A stretch of 64,000 bases of DNA, taken from the NCBI GenBank assembly GCA_964016885.1, contig OZ024743.1, forward strand, positions 200,942,001-201,006,000. Direction: 5' to 3'. Below the pieces are notes generated by a model, which saw only the letters and a list, made by a program, of their open reading frames with translations, did not search any database and had not been told where the DNA came from. Below are positions 1 through 12,324 of this stretch, in pieces (the first letter of the stretch is position 1; every line of letters begins with the position of its first letter). Position numbers and translations under genes: made by a program. This DNA is from Eledone cirrhosa (Eukaryota).

Positions 1-1940
1 TAGATGTTGCCACTGTGCATGGCAGAAATCCAGCCCCTGAAAACGGGTCCGAAGCCCGCCGCCGCTAGCACCGCATCCAGGTAACCATGGTCGACCCTAT
101 CGAACGCCTTAGATTGATCCAAGTTGATCAGGGCCCCACCAAGGCCGGGTTCGTAGCCAACCCTCTCTATGATGTATCGCATGAGGTGGAGGTTGTCGTG
201 AATGGACCTGGACGGGATAGCGCATGTCTGCGCGTCTCCCACCAAACCACCCACCACAAGCGCCAACCTCTTCGCCAACACCTTGGCCAAAATCTGTAAC
301 TCTGCATTCAGCAGAGTTATGGGCCTAAAGTTACTTAAGTCGTCCCCCTTGCTCTCGTCCTTCCTCACTAGCGTGACCACGCCCTTGGTCACAGAACAGG
401 GAATTCTCCCGTTCTGTTGCCAGTTGCAATAGACAGCCTCGAGGAGTTCGGAGAACAAGACCGGCATAGCTAAATAAAGTTCGTATGGTAGACCATCGAG
501 ACCCGGGGATTTGCGTCTGCTGCATTGGCTGAGCGCTTCCCCGATTTCAGTGGCTGTGATTGGCCCTTCGCAGCACTCCGCTTCGCCGCTCGAAAGACGC
601 GGTAGACCGTCGAGGTATGGACCGAAGTCCACATCCCCGTCCGGCCCCCCGCCACCTCCGAACAGTCGAGCAAAGTGCCTTTGAAAGGTCTCGCACATTC
701 GCTCAGGTTCAAGGATCACCCGTCCATCCTGGTCTCGCAAAGACCGAATGGTGGATTTAATCCCACTCTTGGCTTCTGTCACGCGGGCCCAGCTAACAGC
801 TTTGGTCCCCTCGTTTCCTAAAGCACGTATTTTACTTCGGACAACGCAGCCTTCGTGCTTCGTGTCAAAGAACTGGCTCAATGCCGTTCTCGTCGCTAAC
901 ACTCTGGCTACGTCTCCGCTCCTAATCGCCTCTTCTAGTTTATCTGTTAACTCCCTTTCCCTCCTATTTCTATTCGCCGCTAGTTCCTTACTGTAACCTA
1001 TCGAACTTACTCTAATCTCTCTCTTTAGAGATATCCACCACCTACTGTTGACGATCGCTCCCGTCAACCGCATCTTAACTAAGCTACTAATCCGGTTTCT
1101 GTAATCTTTCTTTGTCGGTAAGGACAAGTTCATCTTCCAGTAACCGGGACCCTGTCTATGCGTTCTATCAAGGTTGACCACGCAGGTCACTAATTTGTGA
1201 TCTGAATAGCCAACCATGATCAGTTCTGGACAACTAAATACGTCCCTATCCTTACTCCTAACCAAAAACCTATCTAGGTACGATCTAGATTGTCCACTGC
1301 GGTTTGCCCAGGTCCAGGTTGGCGCAGTTGGACAATCTAGTCGAAATCTATCGACCAGGTCGAATCGATCGAGTAACCCCTTGAGGCTGCTACACCCCCC
1401 TCTATCGGGACATGCCCCTGCATAGTCCCAACGCGCATCTAGGATTCCATTCCAGTCCCCCACTAAAAGCAGGGAACGCGACGTTCCTAGAAAAGTCTCC
1501 AGACGTTGGAAGAAGTCGGCTCTCTCCGCCCCGAAGGGAGCATAAAGACCGACCAGTCTGAAAGCCCCGCCTTCACCACCTCCGACGTCCAGCACCAGTA
1601 ATCGACCCCCCGGGTCCGAGTGAACAATCTGTACGTCGAGAGTTAGACGTTTATCCAGCAGTACGGCAACTCCCCCCCCGCCTCCGGGTTGACAGAGAGA
1701 TGCGTGCATCTCAAAGTCATCGAAGGCGGGCGCCAGCTGTCTCACGCTGCTGATCCGACTCTCGCAAACAACCATCACATCTATACTTTGTGACCTGAGG
1801 TCACTTAGAAGCTTTGCTTGCTTCCAAGCTGAGCTCAGGCCACGCGCGTTCAAACAGCCAACTCTCAATTGATCTATTTTGGTGTTGAAAGTGAAGAAAG
1901 AAAAGCACTTACCTCTCCGGGTTGCGTAATTTCCATGGCA
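1..1940 (-). CDS. ORF2 N-terminal part: AP endonuclease plus start of reverse transcriptase (absent from the ORF track because it runs off the window)
   Basis: Manual translation: LRVGCLNARGL...DVMVVCESR...GGVAVLL...LYAP...LVGDWN...TWTW...SYLDRFLV...GYSDH...PGYWKMN, then RT motifs KSPGLDG and DQSKAFDRVDH. No stop codon seen in the part translated codon by codon (1940 to ~600). Confidence 0.9.
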
Positions 1941-2076
1941 TCAGGTGTGTTGGGTGGAGGGATGTTTGGTGGTGGTGTGGGGGTACACGTGTGTGGTGGG
2001 GTTGGGGTATTTGGAGTTGTGTCAGGGAGAGGGGCGGTTATGGGGAAATCTTTCAAGAGGACGCGATTCAACGGTT

Positions 2077-3735
2077 TTAAACAGGGGGGCTCACGTCCCG
2101 TCTAAATTGTTCTTTTAAGGAACGATAAAGGTCCAGAGGGACCTTTATCATTTTTAAATGGGTGAAGTTCTCTGTTGAGATAAAGTTTGGCCCTTCGGTC
2201 TGCACCATAGGGTTATTGTTTATTAATTTAACCAGTTTTTTGTTTTCTTTATTTATATATGTGTATTGCAACGTCTTTTTTTGTGATGCTGTCAATGTTT
2301 CGGAGAGGGGAGGCGCAGATTTATTTTTGTTTGTTGAGGGTGGGGTGTTTTTGATTGGAGTTGGTGTTTGTGTGTGGGTTATTTGTGGTGTGCTGGGTGT
2401 GTGTTTTCTTTTTTTTCTTTTAACTTGTCTGAAGGCTTCTCCTCCTTCTTCTTCAGAAGTTGGGGGAAACTCTTCAGCGCTAGGTGGGAGGGACGTGTTG
2501 TGTGGTTGTTTTTTTTTTGCGGGAGGGGTAGATTTGTTACTGTTTTTTTTATTATTTGTTTGGAATGGGTTTTGTGGTGGTGGTGGTGGTAATGTTTGTG
2601 TCGTGCTTGTGGTTGGTAATGGTGGTGGTGATGTTTGTGTTGTGGTTGGTGGTGGTGATTTTTGTGTCGTGCTTGTGTTTGGTGCTGGTGGTGGTGATGT
2701 TTGTGTTGTGTTTGTGGTTGGTGGTGTCTGTATTTTGTTTGCTGTGTGTGGTATTAGTGTATTTTTGGAGGTGGGTGGTGCTGGTGTACTGTTTGTGGTG
2801 GGTGTGGGCAATAGTCCTTTTTGGGGGATACGTTTCGGGCAGTTAGCCTTAACGTGTCCCCTTTCCATGCATAAATAGCATGCTGGTCTTCTCCCCTCTA
2901 CAATTATGTCTATTGGGGTAAGGTCATCCAGCCAGATGCGATCCGGGATTTGTGCTATTCTTTCGGGCCTCATTTGGACTAGTATGTCGAGGCCCATTCC
3001 CAGGAACGCATCTCCAGTTGCCTTCCCCATTGACAGCATAGTGTCTTCGCCCATATCAATGAAGCCAGCAATAGCCCACCAGAAGTCCATTGTGGGCAGC
3101 ATTGTTTTTACTTTTACCCTCTGTGTTCTTCTACCCATGTAGGAGGGATAGAAGCTATATGTTGTCGACGAGAGTGGGCTTAGGGAAAGCTGAACCGCCG
3201 TTTCTTTGTCTCTTGTTAGGACCGAAATGCTGCCATAGAGTCGGTCCTTTCGTATGAAGAGAATATTCTTCATATAGTCTTTTAGGACTAACTCTATTTC
3301 CATTTGGCTGGGCTGTGCTGGCTTTCTTGACTGGTTTAGTATAGTTCTGTATATAACTGTGTTTTCTTCTCTGGCTTTCTTGAATTCTGGGGGGGAGTTA
3401 ATGGAAAACATTCCGTTCTCTCCCAAAACAATATGTTTCTTTGCTTCGGCCAGTTTTTCTCTGGCGGCAGTTAGGTCAATTGGTGTGTATGTAATGGATT
3501 GCTTTGTTTTCTGGGCGAAAGTTGCCCTGTCGTTATTTGTATTATTTTCTGTTTGTTTGTTTTCTGTTTGCTCATTTTCCTTAACATTTGTTTTTTCATT
3601 TTGTTTGTTTGTTTCAATGTCTAATTTTGTTGTAATTATTTTTTGTTCTTCAGACTTGGGGGGCGTGGCAGAGCTAATGGCAGACATGTCTGCCATCTTT
3701 TCCGCCATGCTGCCAAGAAAGAAATTTTTCGGCAA
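2077..3735 (-). CDS. ORF1 gag-like nucleic-acid-binding protein with zinc knuckle and Pro/Thr-rich basic C-terminal half
   Basis: 552-aa ORF with IVEGRRPA-CYLCMERGHVKANC (CX2CX4HX4C) and basic KRKKRK segment. A Pro-rich continuation lies in another frame at 1874-2071. Confidence 0.88.
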   Translation of the reverse strand: MPKNFFLGSMAEKMADMSAISSATPPKSEEQKIITTKLDIETNKQNEKTNVKENEQTENKQTENNTNNDRATFAQKTKQSITYTPIDLTAAREKLAEAKKHIVLGENGMFSINSPPEFKKAREENTVIYRTILNQSRKPAQPSQMEIELVLKDYMKNILFIRKDRLYGSISVLTRDKETAVQLSLSPLSSTTYSFYPSYMGRRTQRVKVKTMLPTMDFWWAIAGFIDMGEDTMLSMGKATGDAFLGMGLDILVQMRPERIAQIPDRIWLDDLTPIDIIVEGRRPACYLCMERGHVKANCPKRIPQKGLLPTPTTNSTPAPPTSKNTLIPHTANKIQTPPTTNTTQTSPPPAPNTSTTQKSPPPTTTQTSPPPLPTTSTTQTLPPPPPQNPFQTNNKKNSNKSTPPAKKKQPHNTSLPPSAEEFPPTSEEEGGEAFRQVKRKKRKHTPSTPQITHTQTPTPIKNTPPSTNKNKSAPPLSETLTASQKKTLQYTYINKENKKLVKLINNNPMVQTEGPNFISTENFTHLKMIKVPLDLYRSLKEQFRRDVSPPV

Positions 3736-3910
3736 AAATAGATATTTATTTTACCCCCTAAAAAGGGGGTAAATGCAAAAATGTTTCCCTAAATAACAGG
3801 GGTTAGTGTTCCAAATGTGTTGCACTAAAAATTTTATCCGGTACTTACAATAGTAAGGGTAAATCCCGATGGAATAGCGGAGCCGATGCGAAGCGTGTCT
3901 TACTCTATCA

Positions 3911-4067
3911 AGATAGATAGATAGATAGATAGATAAATTGATAGATACATTGATAGATAGATAGATTGATAGATAGATAGATAGATAACTTTCTTTTTAT
4001 TTGCCACCAGGGCATCAAAAAGTGGGACATGTACAATGGGGAGAGTGTACATAAAAAGGCGTCCTCA

Positions 4068-4158
<91 letters not shown>

Positions 4159-4159
4159 G

Positions 4160-4190
<31 letters not shown>
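3911..4190. repeat. (GATA)n microsatellite containing an ~80-bp Tx1 3'-end fragment (copy B, ~3988-4069)
   Basis: GATA runs flank ttctttttatttgccaccagggcatcaaaa...gtcctcaata, which is nearly identical to the terminus of copy C at 4192-4270. Confidence 0.9.
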
Positions 4191-6753
4191 TGTTTCTTTT
4201 ATTTGCCACAAGGGCATCAAAAGTGGGACAAGTACAATGGGGGGAGTTTACAAAACAAGGCGTCCTCAATAGGGAGGAGGCAATAACAATATATAAAAAT
4301 AAAATAAAATATAATAAAAAATAGAATTATAACAAAATCCTCAATAGAGGATCTTGTTATAAAATATAACAAAAAATAAAATTTATAACAAAATCCTCAA
4401 TAGAGAGGAGGCGCCTTGGGGGGTCGCACACACCCCCGAAAAAAGTGTGCAACCCTTTTCCTCAGGAGCACAGAGAGGGGGTGCTCCCTCGTTCCTTCCT
4501 CTTTTCCACCTACAGGCTTATGTAAAGAGAAGGCCCATTCACACGGGCCATTCTCGCCACTTTCACCCACCTTTCATAAAAACGACTGGGGTGCAGCACC
4601 TCTCTCTCCATCCTGATCCTTCTTCCGAAATGATATCGGAAGAAACGGACCAGTTGTTGGCCAGAGAGAAAGGTGCCTGACCTCAGTCCTTTCAGACGCG
4701 TCCACCATACAACCTCTTTCGCCATGGCTATTACGCACAGAAACACCGCCTCTGCTTCATCTTTGAAGGGGGGAGGCGGCTTGATCATTACAATAGACTC
4801 GGTGGTCAACCGGATCGGTCCCACCCTTGACAGCAGTTGTTCGACATAGCCCCACAGATCGGCTACGCCCGAGCAGTGTACCAATGCGTGTGCAACGGTT
4901 TCCTCGTCGCACACGCATCTGGGACAGATCTTTTTGGCGGGGTCCCTACCCGGGCGCCCGTGTCTGTAGAGCCTTTCTCGAACGGGTATAGCTCCTCGGT
5001 AGCACTGCCAGGCCAGGGACTTCTGGAAGTTGTCCATAGGTCCCGGGCTGAATGTCCTACCGAACAGGCTGGCCAGTTCGTCCTCCTCCATGTCTAGGGC
5101 TTCTCCGAGGGCGGTGAGCGCCTGGGCACACTCAGTGTGCCAGGCGCCCAGTTTTCTCGGTCTTTGCTTGACCCAGGATTGCAGCTCGGTGAGTGAGACG
5201 AGTCTGGGAAAGGTTCGTCTCACAAACGAGGCCCACACCGGTTGTCCGGTGAGGAATACGTAGAGGTGCCATAGCCTTAATGCGTGTTTACGCATCATTA
5301 GCCACGGCATCCCCAGCCCTCCTTTCGAAGGGTGTTGACAGCAGATGGATCTCCTCACCATAGGAGCCCGCCTCTTCCAAAGGAATTGGAAGAGCGCGCG
5401 CTCCATCTTGGTGAGGGTTTCCCTTGGGCAGGGCACTACGGTCAGGCGGTAGTAGATGACGGACGCTATGTAGGTGTTCGCCACCTCCGCCCGACCTTTC
5501 AGGGACAGTTTGCACTCGGCCCACTTCTGGGTCAGTGCAAACACCCTGTTCGTAACCTCCGCCCAGTTTTTCTCCACCTGGAGGTCCGGTCCGAACCAGA
5601 CCCCGAGCAACTTCACCGGGCCCTCCGTCCAGCGTCCGACGACGCCATCGGAGGGCATCGGTCTGCCCCTCCACGTGCCGAGTTGCAAACCGATCGACTT
5701 GTCCCGGTTCAGCTTAGCCCCTGTGAACTTTTCGTACTCCTCCAGTAAGGTGCCGACCGCCTCGATTTCGGAGGCCGTCGACACCATTACTGTCACGTCA
5801 TCGGCGTAGGCCGACACCGCTTTCCGCAATCCCGGTTCCAACGGGATGCCCTGCAACAACTCCAACTTCCGCAGTAGTGGCTCGAGAGTCAACACATACA
5901 GAAGGGAGGAGAGAGGGCACCCTTGTTGGATGGACCGCGCGATTTTGAACGGCTCCGAGAGGTAGCCGTTCACCTTGACCCTAGAGCAGATGCGGCTGCT
6001 GTGCATAGCAGTGATCCAGCCCCTGAAAACGGGTCCGAAGCCTGCCGCCGCTAGCACCGCATCCAGGTAACCATGGTCGACCCTATCGAACGCCTTAGAT
6101 TGATCCAAGTTGATCAGAGCCCCACCAAAGCCGGGTTCATTCCCAACCCTCTCTATGATGTATCGCATGAGGTGGAGGTTGTCATGGATGGACCTGGACG
6201 GGATAGCGCATGTCTGCGCACCTCCCACCAGGTTGCCCACGACAAGCGCCAACCTCTTTGCTAGCACCTTGGCCAAAATCTGTAACTCTGTATTTAGCAG
6301 AGTTATGGGCCTGAAGTTACTTATTTCGTCCCCCTTGTTCTCGTCCTTCCTCACTAGCGTGACTATGCCCTTGGTCACAGTACAGGGAATTCTCCCGTTC
6401 TGTTGCCAGTTGCAGTAGACCGCCTCGAGGAGATCGGGGAACAAGTCCGGCATAGCTAGATATAATTCGTAAGGAAGACCATCGAGACCCGGGGATTTGC
6501 ATTTGCCGCATTGGCTCAGCACGTCCTCTATCTCAGCGGCCGAAATCGGCTCCTCGCAGGACTTCGCCTCCCTGTCCGAGAGGCGCGGCAGGCCGTCGAG
6601 GTATGGACCGAAGTCCACGTTCCCAACCGGCTCCCCGCCCCTCCCGCACAGTCGGGCAAAGTGCCTTTGAAAGGCCTCACACATCTGCTTAGGCTCAAGA
6701 ATCGCCCGTCCATCCAGGTCTCGCAAAGACCGGATGGTGGATTTAGTTCCACT
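4190..6753 (-). mobile_element. Tx1-like retrotransposon copy C, 5'-truncated within ORF2
   Basis: RT ORF plus ~320-bp 3' UTR ending GTGGCAAATAAAAGAAA into (TATC)n. The 5' junction also abuts (GATA)n. Confidence 0.9.
4510..6726 (-). CDS. ORF2 fragment: reverse transcriptase plus C-terminal zinc-binding domain
   Basis: KSPGLDG, FRPITLLN, DQSKAFDRVDH, QGCPLS, AYADDV, KGGLG and CPRC...HALVHC motifs. Confidence 0.93.
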   Translation of the reverse strand: MRDLDGRAILEPKQMCEAFQRHFARLCGRGGEPVGNVDFGPYLDGLPRLSDREAKSCEEPISAAEIEDVLSQCGKCKSPGLDGLPYELYLAMPDLFPDLLEAVYCNWQQNGRIPCTVTKGIVTLVRKDENKGDEISNFRPITLLNTELQILAKVLAKRLALVVGNLVGGAQTCAIPSRSIHDNLHLMRYIIERVGNEPGFGGALINLDQSKAFDRVDHGYLDAVLAAAGFGPVFRGWITAMHSSRICSRVKVNGYLSEPFKIARSIQQGCPLSSLLYVLTLEPLLRKLELLQGIPLEPGLRKAVSAYADDVTVMVSTASEIEAVGTLLEEYEKFTGAKLNRDKSIGLQLGTWRGRPMPSDGVVGRWTEGPVKLLGVWFGPDLQVEKNWAEVTNRVFALTQKWAECKLSLKGRAEVANTYIASVIYYRLTVVPCPRETLTKMERALFQFLWKRRAPMVRRSICCQHPSKGGLGMPWLMMRKHALRLWHLYVFLTGQPVWASFVRRTFPRLVSLTELQSWVKQRPRKLGAWHTECAQALTALGEALDMEEDELASLFGRTFSPGPMDNFQKSLAWQCYRGAIPVRERLYRHGRPGRDPAKKICPRCVCDEETVAHALVHCSGVADLWGYVEQLLSRVGPIRLTTESIVMIKPPPPFKDEAEAVFLCVIAMAKEVVWWTRLKGLRSGTFLSGQQLVRFFRYHFGRRIRMEREVLHPSRFYERWVKVARMARVNGPSLYISL

Positions 6754-6791
<38 letters not shown>

Positions 6792-6873
6792 AGATAGATT
6801 GATAGATTGATAGATAGATAGAGAAAGATAGCTAGATAGCTAGCTAGATAAATATAGATAGATAGATAGATAG

Positions 6874-7175
6874 ATTTCTTTATTTGCCACAAGGGCGCAC
6901 AAGAAAAGGGGACAATACAAAGACACATGCCGGGGATTTTACATACAGTCGTGTAAAAATATTATCCAAACAAACAAATTTAACAATCGAAATCCCCAAT
7001 AAGGGGAGGCGTTACAAATGGGTTGTTTAATATCCCATCGATAAAACAACCCTCAACTTCAGGAGCGTGTTGTGCAAGTGCTCCTTTCTTCCTTTTGCTC
7101 TCTTCTTCAACCTACAGGTTTATATACAGAGAAGGCCAAATCACTCGGGCCATTTTTGCTTCATTCACTCACCTT
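6874..7175 (-). mobile_element. Tx1-like copy D: 3' UTR plus last codons of ORF2, embedded in (GATA)n
   Basis: Same terminus tttctttatttgccacaagggc. ORF2 end cctacaggttt...agaaggcc matches copy C at 4509-4570. GATA tracts on both sides. Confidence 0.85.
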
Positions 7176-7648
7176 TAGATAGATAGGTATATAGATAAAT
7201 AGATGGATAGATAGATAGAGGGATAGATAGATAGATAGATAGGCGGATAGATAGATAGCTAGATAGAGAAAGGGAGATAGAAAGAGAGAGATAAATCGAG
7301 AAAGAATGCTCCTTACTTTCGTCCAATTGTCTTAATCAATAAAAAAAATTTCCCCTTTACTATCTTATTTCATAGCTTTTCCCCTCCCCTTCTCCTCCTT
7401 TTCCCCACACTTCTCTGTATCTTTGTTTTTCTCTCTGTCTTCTCTCTATGCTATCCCCTTCTCCTCTCCCCCCCTCTCTCCCTCTCCACCTCCCTTAATC
7501 GATTGTTGATCTCTTCTATCTATATCTCTTTTCTGCCCTTTCCTCCCTTATCTTATTCCCTCACAATTATTGTATATCTGCCCCTCTCCCTCACCATTAT
7601 TTTTTCCTCATTCTGTCTCTGTTTACTTTTTTTTTTATCTCCCCCCCC

Positions 7649-7690
<42 letters not shown>

Positions 7691-7697
7691 GTATATG

Positions 7698-7851
7698 TAA
7701 TATAGAAATGGCTTCTACAGGACTAGAACTGTTTCTTTCGAAGGAATGAAACAGTTCTAGTTCTGTAGAAGCCATTTCTATATTAAATATTTATACTCTG
7801 CTATGTATTGAGTACTTTACTTACTGTGGTTACCCCCAATTGAACCCGGGA
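7698..7851 (+). mobile_element. Fold-back Penelope pLTR-like remnant with 3' half of a hammerhead
   Basis: Inverted repeat 7698-7785 containing GAAACAG...CTGTA. Tail has gtattgagtact. Flanked by (TA)n/(CA)n. Confidence 0.6.
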
Positions 7852-7890
7852 TACATATACACACACACACACGCACATATATATATATAT

Positions 7891-8092
7891 ATCATGTTTA
7901 ATATAGAAATAGCTTCCACAGGACTAGAACTGTTTCATTTAAAAGAAATCATCAGAAAAGCCCTGATGATTTGTTTTGAATGAAACAGTTCTAGTCCTGT
8001 AGAAGCCATTTCTATATTAAACATGATGTTTGCACTCTACTAATATATTGAGTACCTTACTTACTCCGCCCCCCTCCGATTGAACCTGGGAC
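7891..8092 (+). mobile_element. Fold-back Penelope pLTR-like remnant with hammerhead core (same family as 7698-7851)
   Basis: ~65-bp arms spanning 7891-8028. CTGATGA (7963) ... GAAACAG-loop-CTGTA (7982-8001). Tail tattgagtacc. Confidence 0.65.
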
Positions 8093-8454
8093 TCACACAC
8101 ACACACACACACATATATATAACTATCCCATCTCTACCATTTTTCTTCTCATTGTCTCACACCCATCCACCATACACACACCTGTTCTCCCTATCAGCTA
8201 GGTTCTAAAACAAGTGTAATAGAGTGGGGCAGTCTGAACCTCTCACTCAAGCTCATGCTCCAACTCACACTCACTTTACACTCACTTTCACACACTCACA
8301 CACATTCTCTTTCCCTCTCTCTCTCTCTCTCCTTCACACACACTTTCCTCCTATCTCTCTCTCCTCATCTTCAGCAGGGTCCCTCTTTCCCCATTCTACC
8401 CCCCCCCACCCCACATTCATTTATTTCACTCCTTGGCACCTGAGTATTAGATGA

Positions 8455-10545
8455 TATGGTGGTAGTGGTATTGGTGGTGGTGCTGGTGGTGTTCAGTTCA
8501 TGTTAGTGGTATTGGTAATGGTGTTGGTGGTGTAGGTGATGGATTTGTGTTGTTGTTGGTGGTGTTGGTGGTGGTGTTGTTGGTGTTGGTGTTGTTGGTG
8601 TTGGTGTTGTTGGTGTTGGTGTTGGTGGTGTTGGTGGTGGTGTTGTTGGTGTTGGTGTTGGTGTTGGTGTTGGTGTTGTTGGTGTTGGTGATGGTGTTGG
8701 TAGTGGTGGTGTTGTTGGTGGTGTTGTTGGTGTTGGTGGTGTTGGTGTTGTTGGTGTTGGTGGTGGTGTTGTTGGTGTTGGTGGTGTTGGTGTTGTGGTG
8801 TTGGTGGTGGTGTTGTTGGTGTTGTTGGTGTTGGTGTTGGTATTGTTGGTGTTGGTGGTGGTGTTGTTGGTGTTGGTGTTGTTGGTGTTGTTGGTGTTGT
8901 TGTTGGTGTTGGTGTTGGTGTTGTTGGTGTTGGTGTTGTTGGTGTTGGTGGTGGTGTTGTTGTTGTTGGTGGTGGTGTTGTTGGTGTTATTGGTGTTGGT
9001 GGTGGTGTTGTTGGTGTTGGTGTTGGTGTTGGTGGTGGTGTTGTTGGTGTTTGTGTTGTTGGTGTTGGTGTTGGTGGTGGTGTAGGTGGTGGTGTTGTTG
9101 GTGGTGGTGTTGTTGATGTTGTTGGTGTTGTTGGTGTTGGTGGTGGTGTTGTTGGAGGTGGTGTAGGTGGTGGTGTTGTTGATGTTGTTGGTGTTGGTGG
9201 TGGTGTTGTTGGTGTTGTTGGTGTTGGTGGTGGTGATGTTGATGGTGGTGTAGGTGGTGGTGTTGGTGGTGTTGGTGTTGTTGGTGTTGGTGGTGGTGAT
9301 GTTGGTGGTGGTGTTGTTGTTGTTGGTGGTGGTGTTGTTGGTGTTGTTGGTGTTGGTGTTGGTGTTGTTGGTGTTGGTGGTGGTGATGTTGGTGGTGGTG
9401 TAGTTGTAGATGGTGGTGTTGTTGTTGTTGGTGTTGGTGGTGGTGGTGGTGGTGTTGTTGTTGTTGGTGGTGTTGGTGTTGGTGTTGTTGGTGATGTTGG
9501 TGGTGGTGTAGGTGTAGATGGTGGTGTTGTTGTTGGTGGTGGTGTTGTTGTTGGTGGTGGTGGTGTTGTTGGTGTTGTTGGTGTTGGTGTTGGTGTTGTT
9601 GGTGTTGGTGTTGTTGGTGTTGGTGGTGGTGATGTTGGTGGTGGTGTTGGTGGTAGTGTAAGTGGTGGTGTTGTTGTTGTTGGTGTTGGTGTTGGTGTTG
9701 TTAGTGTTGGTGGTGGTGTAGGTGGTGGTGTTGTTGGTGTTGTTGGTGTTGGTGGTGGTGTTGCTGGTGTTGGTGGTGGTGTAGGTGGTGGTGTTGTTGG
9801 TGTTGTTGGTGTTGTTGGTGGTGTTGTTGGTGTTGGTGGTGACGGTGGTTTTGTTGGTATTGGTGGTAATGGTGGTGGTGTTAGTGTTGCAGGTGATGGT
9901 GTTGGTGTTGTTGTTGATGGTGTTGGTGGAAGTCATAGTGGTATTGTTGTTGTAGTCATGTGGTGGTGGTGATGGTTGTAGTGTTGGTGTTGGGTGAGTT
10001 GGTTGTATTGGTGTCATGAAAGTGTTAACGTTTGTGTTATAGGGTGTGGTGTAGTGGTGGTTTAGTGGTGGTGGTGGTGGTGTAGTGGTGCTTATGTGGT
10101 GGTGGTGGTGGTGTTGGGAGAGTTGGTTGTATTGGTGTCATGAAAGTGTTAATGTTTGTGTTGGTGAATGTGGTGTAGTGGTGCTTATGTGGTGGTGTTG
10201 GTGGTGGTTGTGTTGGTGGTGGTGGTGGTGTAGTGGTGCTTATGTGGTGGTGGTGGTGGTGGTGGTGGTTGTGTTGGTGGTGGTGGTGGTGGTGGTGGTG
10301 GTGTAGTGGTGCTTATGTGGTGGTGGTGGTGATGGTTGTGTTGTTGGTGGTGGTGGTGTAGTGGTGCTTATGTGGTGGTGGTGGTAGTGGTTGTGTTGGT
10401 GGTGGGTGTGGTGTAGTGGTGCTTATGTGGTGGTGGTGGTTGTGTTGGTGGTGGTGGTGTAGTGGTGCTTATGTGGTGGTGGTGGTGATGGTTGTGTTGG
10501 TGGTGGTGGTGGTGTAGTGGTGCTTATGTGGTGGTGGTGGTGACT
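8455..10545. repeat. Compound (GGT/GTT)n trinucleotide satellite, with gtagtggtgcttatgt-containing units at the right end
   Basis: Direct reading; ORFs here are poly-T/N/V low-complexity translations. Confidence 0.95.
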
Positions 10546-10574
10546 GAGGGTTCATATCATTGGGAGGGTGAAGA

Positions 10575-11146
10575 GGACGTGTGTGTGTGGGGGGGGGTGT
10601 ACAATACATGAATATATTTTGTGTGTATGTATATGTGCACATGGGTGTATGTGTATGCATGCGTATGTTGTGTATGTGTGTGTATATTTGTGTTTTATGT
10701 GTGTATGTGCATGTATATGCATATGTGCATTTGGGTGCATGTGCCTTTTTGTGTATGTGCATGTGTATGCATATATATGTGTGTGTATAATGTGTGTGCA
10801 TGTATTTGTGCTATGTGCATATGTGTGTATGTGTGAATGTGTATACATGTATACATGTATATGCGTTATGTGTGTGCACTGTGTGTGTGATGAGGGGGGA
10901 GTGAAGCAGAAATGCAGGGTGTGGCGTGGGAGTGTGACAAATGTGTCAAATTCCTTTCTGTCAATTTCCCCACCCTTGTTTCCTGCATACACACACACAC
11001 GCATACAGGCATACATATACATACACACATACACACACATACACACACACACATATACGCACATGCATACAGACATACACATACATATGTATACATGCAT
11101 GCACACAATATACGCTAACACATATGTACATGAATATACACACACC

Positions 11147-11190
<44 letters not shown>

Positions 11191-12130
11191 TACACACTTA
11201 AATACACATGCACATAGACCCATATATACTTGCATATGCTTAAATATATATACATTCATATATACACACATAAGCATGTATATACACATATACACAGGCA
11301 ATACCACCACCACCACCACCACCACCACCACCACCACCACCATCACCACCACCATCAGCACCACCATCACCACCATCACCACCACCACTACCATCATCTA
11401 CATCACCAACAACTTTTTTCCCTCTCACTGACCCTCATTCTTCTTCTTATCCTCAAAGTTCTTCCCTGCCCCCACTACATATTCCCATGTCTCCCACCCC
11501 ACCTCCGATGTACTTCTATTTCAACAGTTGGAGAAGGTTTTCCATTTCTTCAATGTCGCTCTGTCTGACTGTCTGTCACTCTGTCTGTCTGTCAGTCAGT
11601 CAGTCTGTCTCTGTGCCTCCCACTCCATTGATATCAACACCACCACCGCCACCACCACCACCACCACCACCACCACCACCACCACCACCACCACCACCAC
11701 CACCATCACCATCACCACCACCACTATCTTCACCACCACCAACACCACCAACACCTCCACCACCAACACCAGCACCTCATCACAACCAACACCACCATTA
11801 CCACCACCACCACCACCACCAACACCAGCACCTCATCATCACCACCACATTATCATCATCATCATCAGCAGCACCACCACCACGTCCTCCTCCTCCTGCT
11901 ACTCCCCATCATCATCATCATCATCATCATCATCGTCACCATCACCACCTCACCACCACCTCAGCCCCCCCCCACTATCTCATCATCATCATCACCACCA
12001 GCACCATCATCTCATCATCATCATCATCACCATCACCCCTACCCCCACAATAACCTCCTCCCCCTCCTCCTCATCATCATCATCATTATCATCCTCACCC
12101 TCCCACCCAGCTCCACACTATCACCTCCTC
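10575..12130. repeat. Mixed (TG)n/(CA)n/(TA)n/(CAC)n/(CAT)n microsatellite block
   Basis: Direct reading. Confidence 0.9.
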
Positions 12131-12324
12131 ATCACCACTGCCCTACCCCCCACCTCCTGTCTTAGAGAGAATTCTCCAGAATCTGAAGAAACAATCCAAG
12201 ACAATGACAGGCAGGAAGGAAACAAAAGAATCAGACAATGACATCACCTCTTGCTGCTGTCATTGCTGTTGCTGCAGCAATTAGCATTGCTGCTGATAGT
12301 GTTGCTGCTGCAGTAATGATAACT

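Larger units (their letters stand above)
1..3910 (-). mobile_element. Tx1-like (L1 group) non-LTR retrotransposon, copy A; 5' end apparently intact, 3' part runs off the window
   Basis: ORF1 with CCHC knuckle followed by APE-RT ORF2 on the minus strand. About 175 bp of 5' leader ends abruptly in (GATA)n at ~3911. Positions 1-750 are colinear with copy C at 5990-6750. Confidence 0.9.

Noticed and set aside
2073-2080. TTTAAAA slippery heptamer at the ORF1 stop
   Set aside because: The heptamer is not in the X XXY YYZ phase of ORF1; an indel in the C6 run is the simpler explanation.
87-6762. Short plus-strand and alternative-frame ORFs over the Tx1 copies
   Set aside because: Shadow ORFs of GC-rich RT coding sequence.
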